A stretch of DNA of 64,000 nt from Eledone cirrhosa (Eukaryota). The stretch covers positions 29,822,001 to 29,886,000 of the forward strand of contig OZ024755.1 of the NCBI GenBank assembly GCA_964016885.1, written 5' to 3'. Shown here piece after piece: positions 37,350 to 49,790 of this stretch. Position 1 is the stretch's first letter. Each line of letters begins with the position of its first letter. The notes beneath the pieces are model-generated. The model did no database searches. It was not told where the DNA came from and worked only from the letters and a program-made list of their open reading frames with translations. The position numbers and the translations under genes are program-made.

Positions 37350-37604
37350 AAGTAGTTATTCATCACGGATTTCATCAGGTTTTCAAATTAATTTACGGTT
37401 CTTTTATTGGTATTACTGGATATTTTTCGAAGGAGCCAGAGCCAACACTACCACGACTGCCTCACGATTCCTATTTACCACCAAATACAGCAACAAATTC
37501 AACTGCACCACATATCATTGAGGAGAAAGATTTGCCTGCAAGAAATCTCGTCCTAAACGATGGCACTAAGATATTTGTTGTAAACCATTGAACATGGGAA
37601 TAGG

Positions 37605-37628
<24 letters not shown>

Positions 37629-37651
<23 letters not shown>

Positions 37652-37838
37652 GTAAGTAAGACCCCGACGGCTGAGCTCAAGCCGTTTCGACGGCTAATTC
37701 GGTACAGAATTAGCCGTCGAAACGGCTTGAGCTCAGCCGTCGGGGTCTTACTTACTCCTATTACCCACTCTACTACCCTAAGTATTGAGTACTTTGGTGC
37801 GTTATGGTCCACCTGGTTCCTTACCACTTTTCCCTCGC
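37629..37838 (+). mobile_element. Fold-back element family P1 (best-preserved copy) in (TA)n
   Basis: Perfect palindrome of about 2x60 bp at 37632-37755 centred on GGTACA, an unpaired tail to 37838, and (TA)n on both sides. Confidence 0.88.
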
Positions 37839-40294
37839 TATATATATATATATATATATATACATTTTATTTTTCTACGGTTACTTTTTTGCATGTTTTT
37901 TTTTGCATGTTTCTTTCACCTGTATCTTCCCACGATGGGATCTGCACACTTTTTTCTTCTATTGCTTTCCTATTTTTCCCCTTCTTCCTCTCTCCTCATC
38001 TGTTTCCCCCCTGTTCTTCCTCCTTTCCCTCTCTTTCCTTTTCTCCTCTCTTCTTTTCCACCTGGCCTTTTGATTAATAAAAGGCCTCGGGCGCACCCGA
38101 ACTACACCGATGTCCTGTAATTCAGCGCCGAAACATCGGTTCGGGATACATTTACAGCTGACGATGGAAACTCCTTTCTTCCTTTCTCCTCCTGTTCCGT
38201 CCTAACCACCATCCTAAACCTTGTTTTTAGTAACCACACAGCTCCTTTCGTTTCATAACTTTATATATATACATATATATTCTCGTGCATAGCAAAAATG
38301 AACCGTTGGAGGAAGAAAGCAATAAATGTTTAGACAGACAATAAGAGCAGCATATAACTGAAAGCCCTTTTTATGGAAATCAGTAGTGAATGCTAAAACT
38401 GAACTTATTGGGATTGGAACTAAAATAGAAAATGTTAAATATTAAACTATAAAATTCTTCGTTTCTTTATTCATACCTCACCGGTATCGACTGTTGGATA
38501 ATATATGGGTGTTTGGCATTATTATAAGTTTGACGCACATCAATTTTGCGACTTGGATATGACCTTCTAAGCGCGACATGTCCAATGAATATTGTAAGAT
38601 TTTAATTTATCAGCCCATATCTTCTGTAGAAGTATTTATCCAAACTTCAATCCTAACCTTTAAGGTGCATGATATTATATAACGAAGCTTCTTTATGTAA
38701 GATAATTGAAACATTACAATGAGATATGGCATCTAAAATGGCTGTCATAGAAGTTAGTCGCGGGGAAATATCTATATCCGGTGTAGCAAAAAAAAATTGA
38801 CTTTACCAAAAAGCTGAAAGATATTCATATTACATAAGACATCTGAGAAAGAAACGAAACTGTAAAGTGGATAATAACATTGAAAATTGAGAGAAAATTT
38901 GCTTTATGTATAAAATCGCAGCAAAAAGAAAGAAGGAAACTGGTAAAAGAGTTATTAGATAGGATTCATTCATTTACGCTTTAAATATCCCTCTGGGTGT
39001 GAAATAGACATCCGGTAATATTTAAAGAAACGCTACGAAGCCAAAAGCTCGTTGGTAAATCGGATTCACAGCCAGGAGACGAGAGCTTTAGCAGCTAACA
39101 CGTTCTCAATATCTTTTTTTGTTTTGTTTTTTCTTATACATTTCTTTAAAAGAAAAGAATTAAATTATCTCATAATTTATGTTTTTAAAAATATTTGTTG
39201 TGATATTTATTTTATAATCTGCAGTGAATTGGTGTGTAGTGTGACTGTGTGTATGTGAATATATTAATGTATTGATGTGTACTTATTTAGTTTTGTTTAC
39301 TTCAACTAAATTTCAGTGGCTTCAAAGTTATATTAATGGAGATAGAAATATCCCATCAAGGAAACCATTGAATCTGCAGAGACAAGACCCAGTAACGTTA
39401 TAAACATTCAAACAAAATTTTAATGATGTTCTTCACATTGCTTTGTTTTTCAATCGATTTGAAATATTTTTTACTTTTAGATTTTTTTAGTTTTTAGTTT
39501 AGAAATGTTATGTTATTATTATTACTGTTATTTTCTATCTCGTTACTGATTCAATTTTATCGAAAAATAAGTTTTTATTTCGAAAAAATATATATATAAT
39601 TGATTATTTTAATATCTAGAAAAAATTCTTAAAAGTATTCTTTCTATATATTTTTGTAGACAATTCAAGTTCCAGTGTGGGCAAAATGGATTTTGAAGTT
39701 TTTCAATCGGATTATATATAATAATGATTTCTCACTTAGGCAAAAGGCCGGCAATGTTTTTGAGCTGATTTCATCGAACCCAGTACGTGCCTGACACTAT
39801 ATTTTATCGACCCCAGTATGAATGGCAGAAGTGATCACGGCGAAATTTGAACTCAAGAACGTAGAAAGTCGGTCGTAACTAAATACTGCAAAACATTTTG
39901 TCCAATGCTCTACCGATATTATTAATCCACTAGGCTGTGTGGATTGATAATATCGATAGATAACTTCAAGGTATATTTTCTGAGAACTTTTAAACAACTT
40001 ATGAAAACATTTAACGAGAGAATAAACCCAGTTAGGGATTTCTGAAGAACATTCAACTTTAGGTTGTGTCAGAAGAAGCAGCTATAAATGCGACTTGAAA
40101 AATAAATGACCGTTTTTAAGTTTCACCTTGTAGGCTTATTTAGAAATTTGTTCGTAACCGTAATACAATTTTCTGTTAGTTGAACAGGTCAACCTAGGGT
40201 CTGATTACGCACTCACTTCAAGGTGTTCAATAGTAGAAAGTCCAGAATCTTCCGTAGGAAATATTGGGTTCAGGATCAGCAATGAGTACCCTAT

Positions 40295-40615
40295 TTCCTA
40301 ATTGACATTGTTGCTTTATCCGAGACGAGGTTAGCTGGAGATGGTCACCTTAAAGAATTTTGTGGAAATCATACATTCTTCTGCAAAGGGGAAAGATGAA
40401 GGAATTAGAAGAGAGGCTGGGGTAGTATTTGCCGTTACGACCATTGTTATCTACAATATCTTGTAGATAAATTGGAAGAATTCCCAGTGGGATTAGTGAG
40501 CGTCTTATGTCCATGAGAATTCCACTGGACAAAGGAAGATATGCGACCCTGGTGAGTATGAATTCCAAGTATGAATTCTGTTGATGAAGAAAAAGAGTCT
40601 TTCTATAATACTTTC
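40295..40615 (+). mobile_element. RTE-clade APE endonuclease fragment
   Basis: DIVALSETRLAGDGHLKE..HTFFCKG..GVVFAV..PSGISERLMSMRIPLDKGRYATLVS..EEKESFY. Confidence 0.8.
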
Positions 40616-40739
40616 AACTTAAACATTATGAGAGTACTTTATTACAAATCAATCATTTGATGGTTGATTTTTGTAATCTGAGCTCATACGTTCTTTTATC
40701 TGTATCATGTTTGAAAAGTTCCAACAAATTTAATTTTCA

Positions 40740-40865
40740 TTAGACCACCCGTGACTTGTTGGGTCACGTTCGCTTCAAAATATTTTTTTTTAAATCATGT
40801 TCACTTAAAATAATTTTTAAATAATCCAAATATAGACATGTATATAATGTGAAATTGGAAGGCCC

Positions 40866-40901
<36 letters not shown>

Positions 40902-41073
40902 TTGTATACGTACGTGTGCGCGTGTGTGTGTGTGTGTGTGTGTCTTTGTATACGTACGTGTGCGCGTGTGTGTGTTTGTATACGTACGTGTGCGCGTGTG
41001 TGTGTGTGTGTGTGTTTGTATACGTACGTGTGCGCGTGTGTGTGCGTGTGTGTGTTTGTATACGTACGTGTGC

Positions 41074-41104
<31 letters not shown>

Positions 41105-41436
41105 ATCTATATACACTGGCCATAGACACACATATATATATATATATACAAGCACACACACACATATATACACAACACGACCACCAGCTATCTCTTCCAT
41201 TCTCCTTCTCCTCTCCCTATGTCAGTCTCTCTCTCTCTCTGTTTATGAAGGTACGCGGAAAAACCCCATATCTCGAGAACCCGTGGTCCGATTTATGCGA
41301 AACTTCTTTTATTCCATTTATATTCCCATTTCAGGATCAATTTCCTTTCAAAGTATTTTCCCATTATGCGCCCTTTTGGCTGTATTAGATTACAGACAAG
41401 CAAGCAAGCATTCACAGAATTTTAGGAATATATAGA
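40740..41436 (-). mobile_element. Non-autonomous Helitron-like element (family H1) with internal microsatellites
   Basis: Minus-strand 5' end A|TCTATATA and 3' hairpin CGTGACCCAACAAGTCACG-GGTGGT-CTAA|T. Homologues at 16248-16561 and 48542-48653. Confidence 0.72.
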
Positions 41437-41639
41437 TTAATGAGCATGAGAAGAGCTGTGAAATTCAAATCAAAGTAGATATGTTTCTCTCCATGAAAGA
41501 TGAGCTCCGTTTCATCGTCAAGATTCTTCCTCACTACAAAAAAAACCATACCTTTCTTTGGGAGACCTTTTCGTATTTAAACAAAGATATGAATCCCGAC
41601 GGTCGCTTACTAATCCTCATCTTCACAAGTGTATAAAAG

Positions 41640-41818
41640 GATGCTTTACGTTCTGAGTTCAAATCCAGCCGAGGATAGCTTTGCTTTTCATCCTTACCGG
41701 GTCGATAAAATAAAGTACCAGTAATGCACTGGGCTCGATTTAATCGACATTCGCCTCCCCTAAAATTGAAGAGTCTCTTCCAATTGCAGGCCTTGCGTCA
41801 AAACGTAGAAACAATTAT
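41640..41818 (+). mobile_element. SINE family A, long variant, 5'-truncated
   Basis: Consensus match. Confidence 0.85.
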
Positions 41819-42302
41819 CATCACCATCATTATATTCATACATCTGTTTCTCTTTGAAGTATTAGTCAGCATACATTGTCGTTGGAGAGAAGATATAAAC
41901 CCTTCATTCTTTATTCGAGCTATATATTATATTATACATACATAAAGTTCTTTTAATAAAATGACTGTTACTGTGTAATCTGTAAGGACGGCACTAAGCA
42001 ACTTCACGCGAAATAGGTAAACAGGCAGTTAATGATTTCACATTCACTTCCAGTAATTCATTAAACTGCGTATGGTCTTTGCATTCACGGGCTTTCGTTG
42101 TTTCTTTTTCTATCTCCTTCTCACACACATACGTACACACACATTTACTCTTTATCTCTATTGCTCAATCAACTTACTCTATCTACTCACTATCCCCTTA
42201 AATGGTCTATGTATCTCTCAGACTACTGTGGTTTCGTGGGGTATATATATATATACGCACATATATACATATATACGCACATACATACATACATACATGT
42301 AT

Positions 42303-42535
42303 AGAGAGAGAGGGGGAAGGAAAGGGAGAGAAGGGGGAGAGAGAGAGAGGGGGGGAGGGGAGAGAGAGGGAGAGAGAAGGAGAGAGAGGGTGAGAGAGAG
42401 AGAGGGTGAGAGAGGGTGAGTGAGAGAGGGTGAGAGAGAGAGGGAGAGAGAGAGAGGGTGAGAGAGAGAGGGTGAGAGAGAGAGGGTGAGAGAGAGAGGG
42501 TGAGAGAGAGAGGGTGAGAGAGAGAGAGAGAACTG
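42303..42535. repeat. (GA)n / GAGAGAGAGGGT purine repeat
   Basis: Direct reading. Confidence 0.93.
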
Positions 42536-42759
42536 AGAAGTAGATTATTATTGTTTGTATTTATTTTTCCTCAACAGTTTCTCTCTAGCACTTCTTCATA
42601 ACCCTCTCATGTGTGTGGTGTGTGTGTGTGTGTTTGTGTGTATGTGTATGTGTGTGTGTGGTTATGTATATACGTGTGTGTGTGTGTATACATGTGTGTA
42701 TATACATGTGTGTGTGTGTATATATATATATATGCATATATACATGGAAATATATGTGC

Positions 42760-42791
<32 letters not shown>

Positions 42792-43461
42792 GTGCATAAA
42801 TATATATATATATATATGTGCATAAATATATATATATATGTAAATATATGTATATATATATGTATATATATATATATGTATATATATGTGTATATAAATA
42901 TACATGTGTATATAAATATATATATATATATAAATATATATTTAAGCATGTCGTTTAGTATTGGCTCTCCCCCCCACCCACCTCTCTCTCTCTCTCTCTA
43001 TTCCTTCCTTCTGTCTACCTTCTTTCATGGTAACAATAAACATCCCATAAATTGCAGTTATTGCATCTCTGAAAGTGCAAATCACTATCCAGTGTTGACA
43101 TTACACAACTTTACAAAGAACTCGCTTCATAGATTGATTTACAAAGCGTAAAAACTAACCATTTATACCCATGCCTGTTCGAAAATTCTTTTCATCCATG
43201 TTGCAAAATACCACCTTCACACAGCCATGCACACATATACACACATGAATATAATATTTGACTAGTATATATATATTATATATATATATAAATAAATACA
43301 TAAACATGAATCTGTATATTATATATATATATAATATATACAGATTCATGTTTATGTATTTATTTATATATATATGTATAAATATATATATATATATATA
43401 TATGTGTGTGTCTGCGTGTGTGTATGTAAGTATATATGTATATATATATGTTTATGTATAA

Positions 43462-43504
<43 letters not shown>

Positions 43505-43653
43505 CATGTATATATATACAGGTATTTATATACCTGTATATATATGTATGTATACATATATACACATACACATATGTGAGAGAGAGAGATAGAGATATTG
43601 TGTGTATGTGTGTGTGTGTGTGTGTGTATGTGTGTGTATGTGTGTGTGAGTGT

Positions 43654-43687
<34 letters not shown>

Positions 43688-44517
43688 GTGTATACATGCA
43701 TGTGTGTGTGTCCATATTTTCAGATATTTAGAGCGTTTTAGCACAACTACACGCATTCACACACACACACAGATATATATATATATGTACACACACACAT
43801 AAGTGTATAACCTGGGCCCGTTATGCTCATGGCGTGAGTAATATGAATGGTGTTAATTAGATGAGGCTGAAAACATTTCTTTCTTTTCATTTGAACATGT
43901 ATATGTTCTTGCTTTGGTCTAAAGACGTCGATGTTTACGCCATTTTTAATTGATGCCAAAATCTGAATAACAATCTTATTTAGTTCTTCATAGGCGCCAC
44001 TTGCACTCAGTGATCTTATATGTTTGAAAATGAAGCCTTTTAGATTTTGTAGCGTGAGCCAGAAATGACGATTAATTTTGTGCTTTAACCAACTCGACCT
44101 TAATAGCACCAACGAAGTGTTTATTATGATATGGTTCATCTGGGACGTGTGATTGTCGGAACTCATACTATTCATTCAGCGCTGCCAACAATGGGGTTAT
44201 TTGTCACCGTTAATGTGTTGCTGTTCTTTTGAGGAATAAGCTGCTTTTCTACCCCTATTTTACACATCTTTGTGTAGATAGAGTGCTAAAATATATATAT
44301 AGAGTCTCGGTCGTGAAGTGTGGTGTCGGTAATATATTACGGGTGACAGGATGCGGTTGGTAGTCCACTAACCTATCCATTGCAAGTAGTTGTGGTAGAT
44401 ATCTTAATCCCTAAGATCTTTTAGGTATTTACTGATTATTTAATGGGATTTTGTGAAGAATAGACAAATGTTGCTCAGGTAAATGCTAGCATATGCTACT
44501 ACATGATTATTCTGAAG

Positions 44518-44780
44518 GATTAAGATATGGATCAGTAGAGAGAGAGATTAAGATATGGATCAGTAGAGAGAGAGAGAGATTAAGATATGGATCGTTAGAG
44601 AGAGAGATTAAGATATGGATCGTTAGAGAGAGAGATTAAGATATGGATCAGTAGAGAGAGAGATTAAGATATGGATCGGTAGAGAGAGAGATTAAGATAT
44701 GGATCAGTAGAGAGAGAGATTAAGATATGCATCAGTAGAGAGAGAGAGATTAAGATATGGATCAGTAGAGAGAGAGATTA
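44518..44780. repeat. 28-32-bp tandem repeat GATTAAGATATGGATCAGTA(GA)n x9
   Basis: Direct reading; unit length varies through (GA)n slippage. Confidence 0.95.
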
Positions 44781-46444
44781 GGAAATGATCAGCAGGATAA
44801 AGAAAATATAAAGTGGGTGGAGAATTTGATTTATCTTTAAGAAGCAACAAAAGGAATCTTGGGTAAGATGATGAACAATGATATTACAATATATTTCAAG
44901 CGGGTGATTGACTCATCTATGCCTCAAAATGGTGAACCTTATGCCATTAGTTAAACAATAAACATAAACATAATCTATGATAATAAATTATAATATTTTG
45001 AGAATTCTTTTCTTTTGAGTTAAAAATGAATTACAGTTAATACAGTCTAGTTCCTTAAACACAGACGGTGTCTGGGGTTCATTCAATTGAACACAAGATT
45101 CCTTCTACCGATGGTTCTGCCTCTGAAATTGTGAAGTTCAATAGTTAGTGAGATCATCGGGGCAAGAGATCTGAAACTATATGAATTTACAGTTCTAATG
45201 CAAATGCAAGGACTGCCAAAACATGTAGTTTCGATATAAACCACTGCGTCTTAGCATAGTACCTCAATCGAAATGTATTTCTGAAGCCTTAACGGATTAT
45301 GTACTAGAGAGTAAAAATTGTTATTAAATGTCAGGTATTTCCATTTAATATTTTTGTTAAATTTCAATATACTGCTCATTTTGTAAATATATGTGCTTAC
45401 ATTCTTTGCAAATTATCTCCTCTTAATGTTTGATATGTTTATGTATATATATATATATATATATATAACAATATACATACATATATAAATATTTTAGTCA
45501 ACCATATCGACATGACTTATTGCAATCTGGTAGTTATTTCAGGTATCCTTGTTTGTCGAGCCGTTAAGTTACGTTACATGAAGGTACAGTGCATCGGTTT
45601 TTAGATATAGCCCTTATTTACGAAAGGAAGCGTCAGGGTTAAGTTTTTCTGTGTTCATTTTTGTATGTCATTTGAACATGGCAAAACATTCCTTAACCTA
45701 TCTTCTGCACCACCACTTCAAAGTATCATCTAACGTGATGAAGACGAAAAATCTTGAGCAGCTGCAACAGCATTAGCGTATATTTACAATGATAATATAA
45801 TCCAACATTGAAACATCAGGGTGCTAGTCATGGCAGCTAAATTTCCCACAAATAACACGATATTATTGTATTCAATAAAGAAGGATATACTGGACAATGC
45901 AGTGTCTGATATACAGAAACGACAAGATTTTAGAGAAGAAACATCAGAGATCACCTGGGGTAAAACAAATACAACAGCAGCAAAACAGAGCAAACTGTTT
46001 CTATTGTTACTAAACTGAATTACCACTCTAATGAACATATATAAGACAAAACACAAATGTTTTATGCTGTAATGGAGAAATGTTTACTTTCAGTCACTAG
46101 TTCTCTTGCCTTCCGGTTATGAATTTGTTTCAAGTATAAAACCTGGACGTAATAAATTAGTTTAGCGCTCAGAATAATGTAGCATCTTTGGAAGATATCC
46201 TGGTAGAATGATAAAGAATTAGTTAAGCAAAAACTGACGGGGCCGTAATAAAACAACAGGTTATGAGATGACTAAACAGAAAAATAAAATTTGCGCCAGT
46301 TAGATTTAGTAAAGAAGTAGACAGAGAGAACAGGAGCTTAAAAAAGATCTGGTGAATCGCTTAGAAGAAGCGAATCGAAGAGACATCGCAAACGTGGTGC
46401 ACTAGAACACCAAGCTTCAAATGCCGAACACCAAGCTTCAAATG

Positions 46445-46912
46445 CCGTCCATTAAGCCCGTGATGTCCCCTCTCTTCTTTCCTCTATGTATTGGCTTTGG
46501 AGCTTCTACTGTGGAAAATGGAAATTTTGAGAAAAGATCCGCTAAACATAAACTTACCCCTAAAAGCTGAAAATTTTTCGTGCATCATATTACACCACAA
46601 GAACCTTTAATAAAAACTAATTAATTATATATTTCTAAAATTATTCATTTATTATATAAACCGTATCTGCATACGCAGATAACACCATTGTCATGCTGTC
46701 GGACACTTCAGATATAGCAGCATTCGGCACCATACTGAAAGAATATCAGCAGATTACTGAAGTTTGGATTAACCAAGACCATATGATGAGGCAGGACGAT
46801 GCCGGCCAGTGAAAATATCTGCCGCTGGACCGATGGCCCGGTATAATTGCTTGGAGTCTTGTTTAGGCTGGACTTCCAGGTAGACAAAAACGGGGAGACG
46901 ATCAAGAACAAG
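46445..46912 (+). mobile_element. L1/Tx1-like RT fragment, decayed
   Basis: CPLS..LYVLALELLL; VSAYADNTIV..ILKEYQQIT; WTDGPV*LLGV. Confidence 0.75.
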
Positions 46913-46915
46913 TTA

Positions 46916-47112
46916 GCACAACACCATCATAGCACCATCACAACATCATAGCACCATCACAACACCATCACAACTCCATCACAACACCATCACAACACCA
47001 TCACAATACCATCATAGCACCATCACAACATCATAGCACCATCACAGCACCATAACTCCATCACATCATCATCACAGCACCATCACAACACCACCCAACT
47101 CCATCACAACTC
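46916..47112. repeat. 11-bp (ACACCATCACA)-like tandem repeat
   Basis: Direct reading. Confidence 0.9.
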
Positions 47113-47399
47113 CCCTAGATTTAAATTCAAAATGAACTGCTAAACAGCAAAAGATTTTACATTATTCAAGATTTGCTTTAATTTCTTTTATTCAACATCG
47201 TCGTTGTTCTTATTGTTATTGTTGTTCTTATTGTTATTTTTGTTCTTGTTCTTATCATCATCATCATCATCATCTTTATCTTCTCCCTCTTCTTCTGCAT
47301 TGCTTGCATTGATTTCGCCTACTTTGAAATCAATCTAAACAACCATAGATTTTTTTTTTTCTATTTCTTCATTCTACTATCCAAATATTTTGGTCGCTA

Positions 47400-47810
47400 A
47401 TGGCCAACGAAAACAAATTATTCTAAGGCCGGATTGTCCCAATATACAGTGATATCTGCTCGGTAGTCAAACTAATTAGCCAACTCTCACAACACTTCAG
47501 CAACGCACGCTCGGTCCGTCAGTAGTATCTTCTGCCCTCTCCCTATCTCTGCTCGCTTTCATCTCCCCCTTCTCCGACTACTTGCTGGCTCTAGAGCTAT
47601 TACTGGTGAAGATAGAAACTCTCTAACAACATCCCACTAGAACTAGGCCAAAGGAGAATCTTAAATGCCTACGCCGACGACATTAACGACATGGTATCGG
47701 TCATACAGAAGCGGCGTGGGTGCATTTTGTTAGAGACGTTTTCCTCTTCTTCCGTAGCTCGTCTACTTAGAGAAGCTGCATTCCTGGGTCAAAGAAGGAG
47801 AATGGAAGTG
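47400..47810 (+). mobile_element. Second L1/Tx1-like RT fragment
   Basis: RSVRQ..; LLALELLL; ILNAYADDI (YADD at 47670-47681). Confidence 0.75.
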
Positions 47811-48028
47811 AGCTGCTGGTGGTGCTGCTGGTGCTGCTGTTGGTGCTGCTGCTGCGTGTGTGTATGTGTGTATGCATGTATGTGCATGTGTGTGTATGCA
47901 TGTATGTGTATGTGTGTATGCATGTATGTGCGTGCGTGCGTGTGTATGTGTGTGTGTGTGTTTATATATGTCTATGTGTGTGTGATCAATGCATATAGAT
48001 CACAGACACCCACATATATATATATATA

Positions 48029-48212
48029 GGAAAAAGTATGACCCCGACGGCCGTTTCGACGGCTATTTCTAGACTATCTAGAAATAGCCGTCGAAACGTC
48101 TTGAGCTCTGCCGTCGGGGTCATACTTTTTCCTATTACCCACTCTACTACCTTAAGTATTCAGTACTCTGGTGCGTTATGGTCCATCTGGTTCCTTACCA
48201 CAATTCCTTCGT
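48029..48212 (+). mobile_element. Fold-back element family P1 in (TA)n
   Basis: ggaaaaagtatgaccccgacgg..tttcgacggctatttctaga / tctagaaatagccgtcgaaac..gccgtcggggtcatactttttcc plus tail. Confidence 0.85.
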
Positions 48213-48231
48213 TATATATATATATATATAT

Positions 48232-48421
48232 ATAATTGTTTCTACTATTGGCACAAGGCCAGCAAATACCCAGTGCATTACTGGTACTTTATTTTATCGA
48301 CCCCGTAAAGATGAAAGGCAAAGTCAACCTCGGCGGGATTTGAACTCAGATCATAAAGGGACGTAACTATGCTGGAAAGCATGGCGTCCGACCCTCTACC
48401 GATACTGCCAATCCACCGCCC
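48232..48421 (-). mobile_element. Full-length SINE family A
   Basis: Near-consensus from head to tail. Confidence 0.93.
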
Positions 48422-48484
48422 TGGAATATATATATATAATCTGTGTGTGTGTGTATGTATATATACACACACACACACACACAA

Positions 48485-48540
<56 letters not shown>

Positions 48541-48541
48541 A

Positions 48542-48653
48542 TATATATATGGGCCTTCCAGTTTCATTTCACATTATATACGTCTGTGTATATTTTAATT
48601 AATGAAAAATTATTTTGAAGCGAACGTGACCTAACGGGTCACGGGTGGTCTAG
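48542..48653 (+). mobile_element. Helitron family H1 3' end
   Basis: Hairpin CGTGACCTAACGGGTCACG-GGTGGT-CTAG|T. Confidence 0.75.
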
Positions 48654-48689
48654 TAAATAATGCTTGCTATTTATCGAGAGTTTGTGTTG

Positions 48690-49790
48690 AGAATAAGCGA
48701 CAATAGCCAACTAATCACTCTGGACATCGACGAGTACCATCTGAGCAGTCTTTCTGACGGTGATTTATGTCAGAGACCATCGACTTTTCTAAAACTCCTT
48801 GACCCAACATGGCTACAGAGAAGAATTACCTGTTCAAGACAAGCTCTTCGGGCACGTACGTTACTTTTCATTGTCTGTGAATTAAAGATGTGTAGGTTTG
48901 TACCGAACAAGAGCTTCTGAAGTGACCTTGTCGTCCAGACCATATAACATAACTGGTATGATGTAAGTATCAAAGATCTTAGCCTTCAGAAGCTCTCTAC
49001 ATCCAGATCCACATCATGAGACTTATGACTGGCAAGAGGTTCAGCGACCATATCTGTATCAGTGAGCTGCTCAACATTACCAAACTTAGACCAATTACAT
49101 AAAAAGATCAACTCGTGGTGTGAGTAGGTTATGCCTGGAAGGAAGGTTGGTTGGTTAGAGAAGCAAAAGGCTGGCAGCCAAAACGATGGCTTGACAATGT
49201 CAATTTATATCTGGACTTGATCTTTGCTCTTTGAACTCTGCTGCTGGTGATCGAACTTTGTGGAGAGAGATATCACAGGTTAATGTGCAGTCTGCAACTA
49301 GCGGAGTTTAGCGTCACAAGAAGACTTATCGCGTATGGGACGCATCCGGATATAAGCTGAATTTATTACGAATATTCAACCGCCGCCTTCTTTGACAAGG
49401 GAGAGTGGCATGTTTTCCCTTGCATCCTAACTATGGTAAAATGTTGTGTGGTGGATGCGTGCGAAGGGTTCGAATATAAGGGCTTTGCTTTCCACCCAGG
49501 ATCTCATTAACTTCTTCAAGTTCCAAATGTACTGAGAGGGGATAGGGTGATTCTACATTCTACAATGTTTTACAAAAACGGACGTGAGCAATAGAGAAGG
49601 TGGTGCCTTTAGACTTGAGGCTGCCTACTCCCCGACTGGAGCCGGACCTCTGTAGGTGCCCGGAAGTCTTTCTGGGAACATCTCGCCCTTTTACTGTTAG
49701 TGGGGGACTGCCACGGCATCTTAGATGCACGCTTGGATTGTGTGGGAGTAGCTGATATGAGGGGGGGGATAAAAGCCTCAAGTATCTGAT
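48690..49790 (+). mobile_element. Scattered decayed L1/Tx1-like ORF2 fragments
   Basis: ELPVQDKLFGH (about 48820-48857), VVWWMRAKG..LINFFKF (about 49443-49525), and endonuclease-like GAFRLEAAYSP..LLVGDCHGILDARLD (49600-49745). Confidence 0.55.

Noticed and set aside
43747-44175. 142-aa ORF, the longest mostly non-repetitive one in the window
   Set aside because: No family motif or clear splice signals. A BLASTP/HMM search would be needed to decide.
44518-44780. Regular repeats of about 30 bp that superficially resemble a CRISPR array
   Set aside because: The intervening sequence is only variable (GA)n rather than unique spacers. The context is eukaryotic and there are no cas genes.
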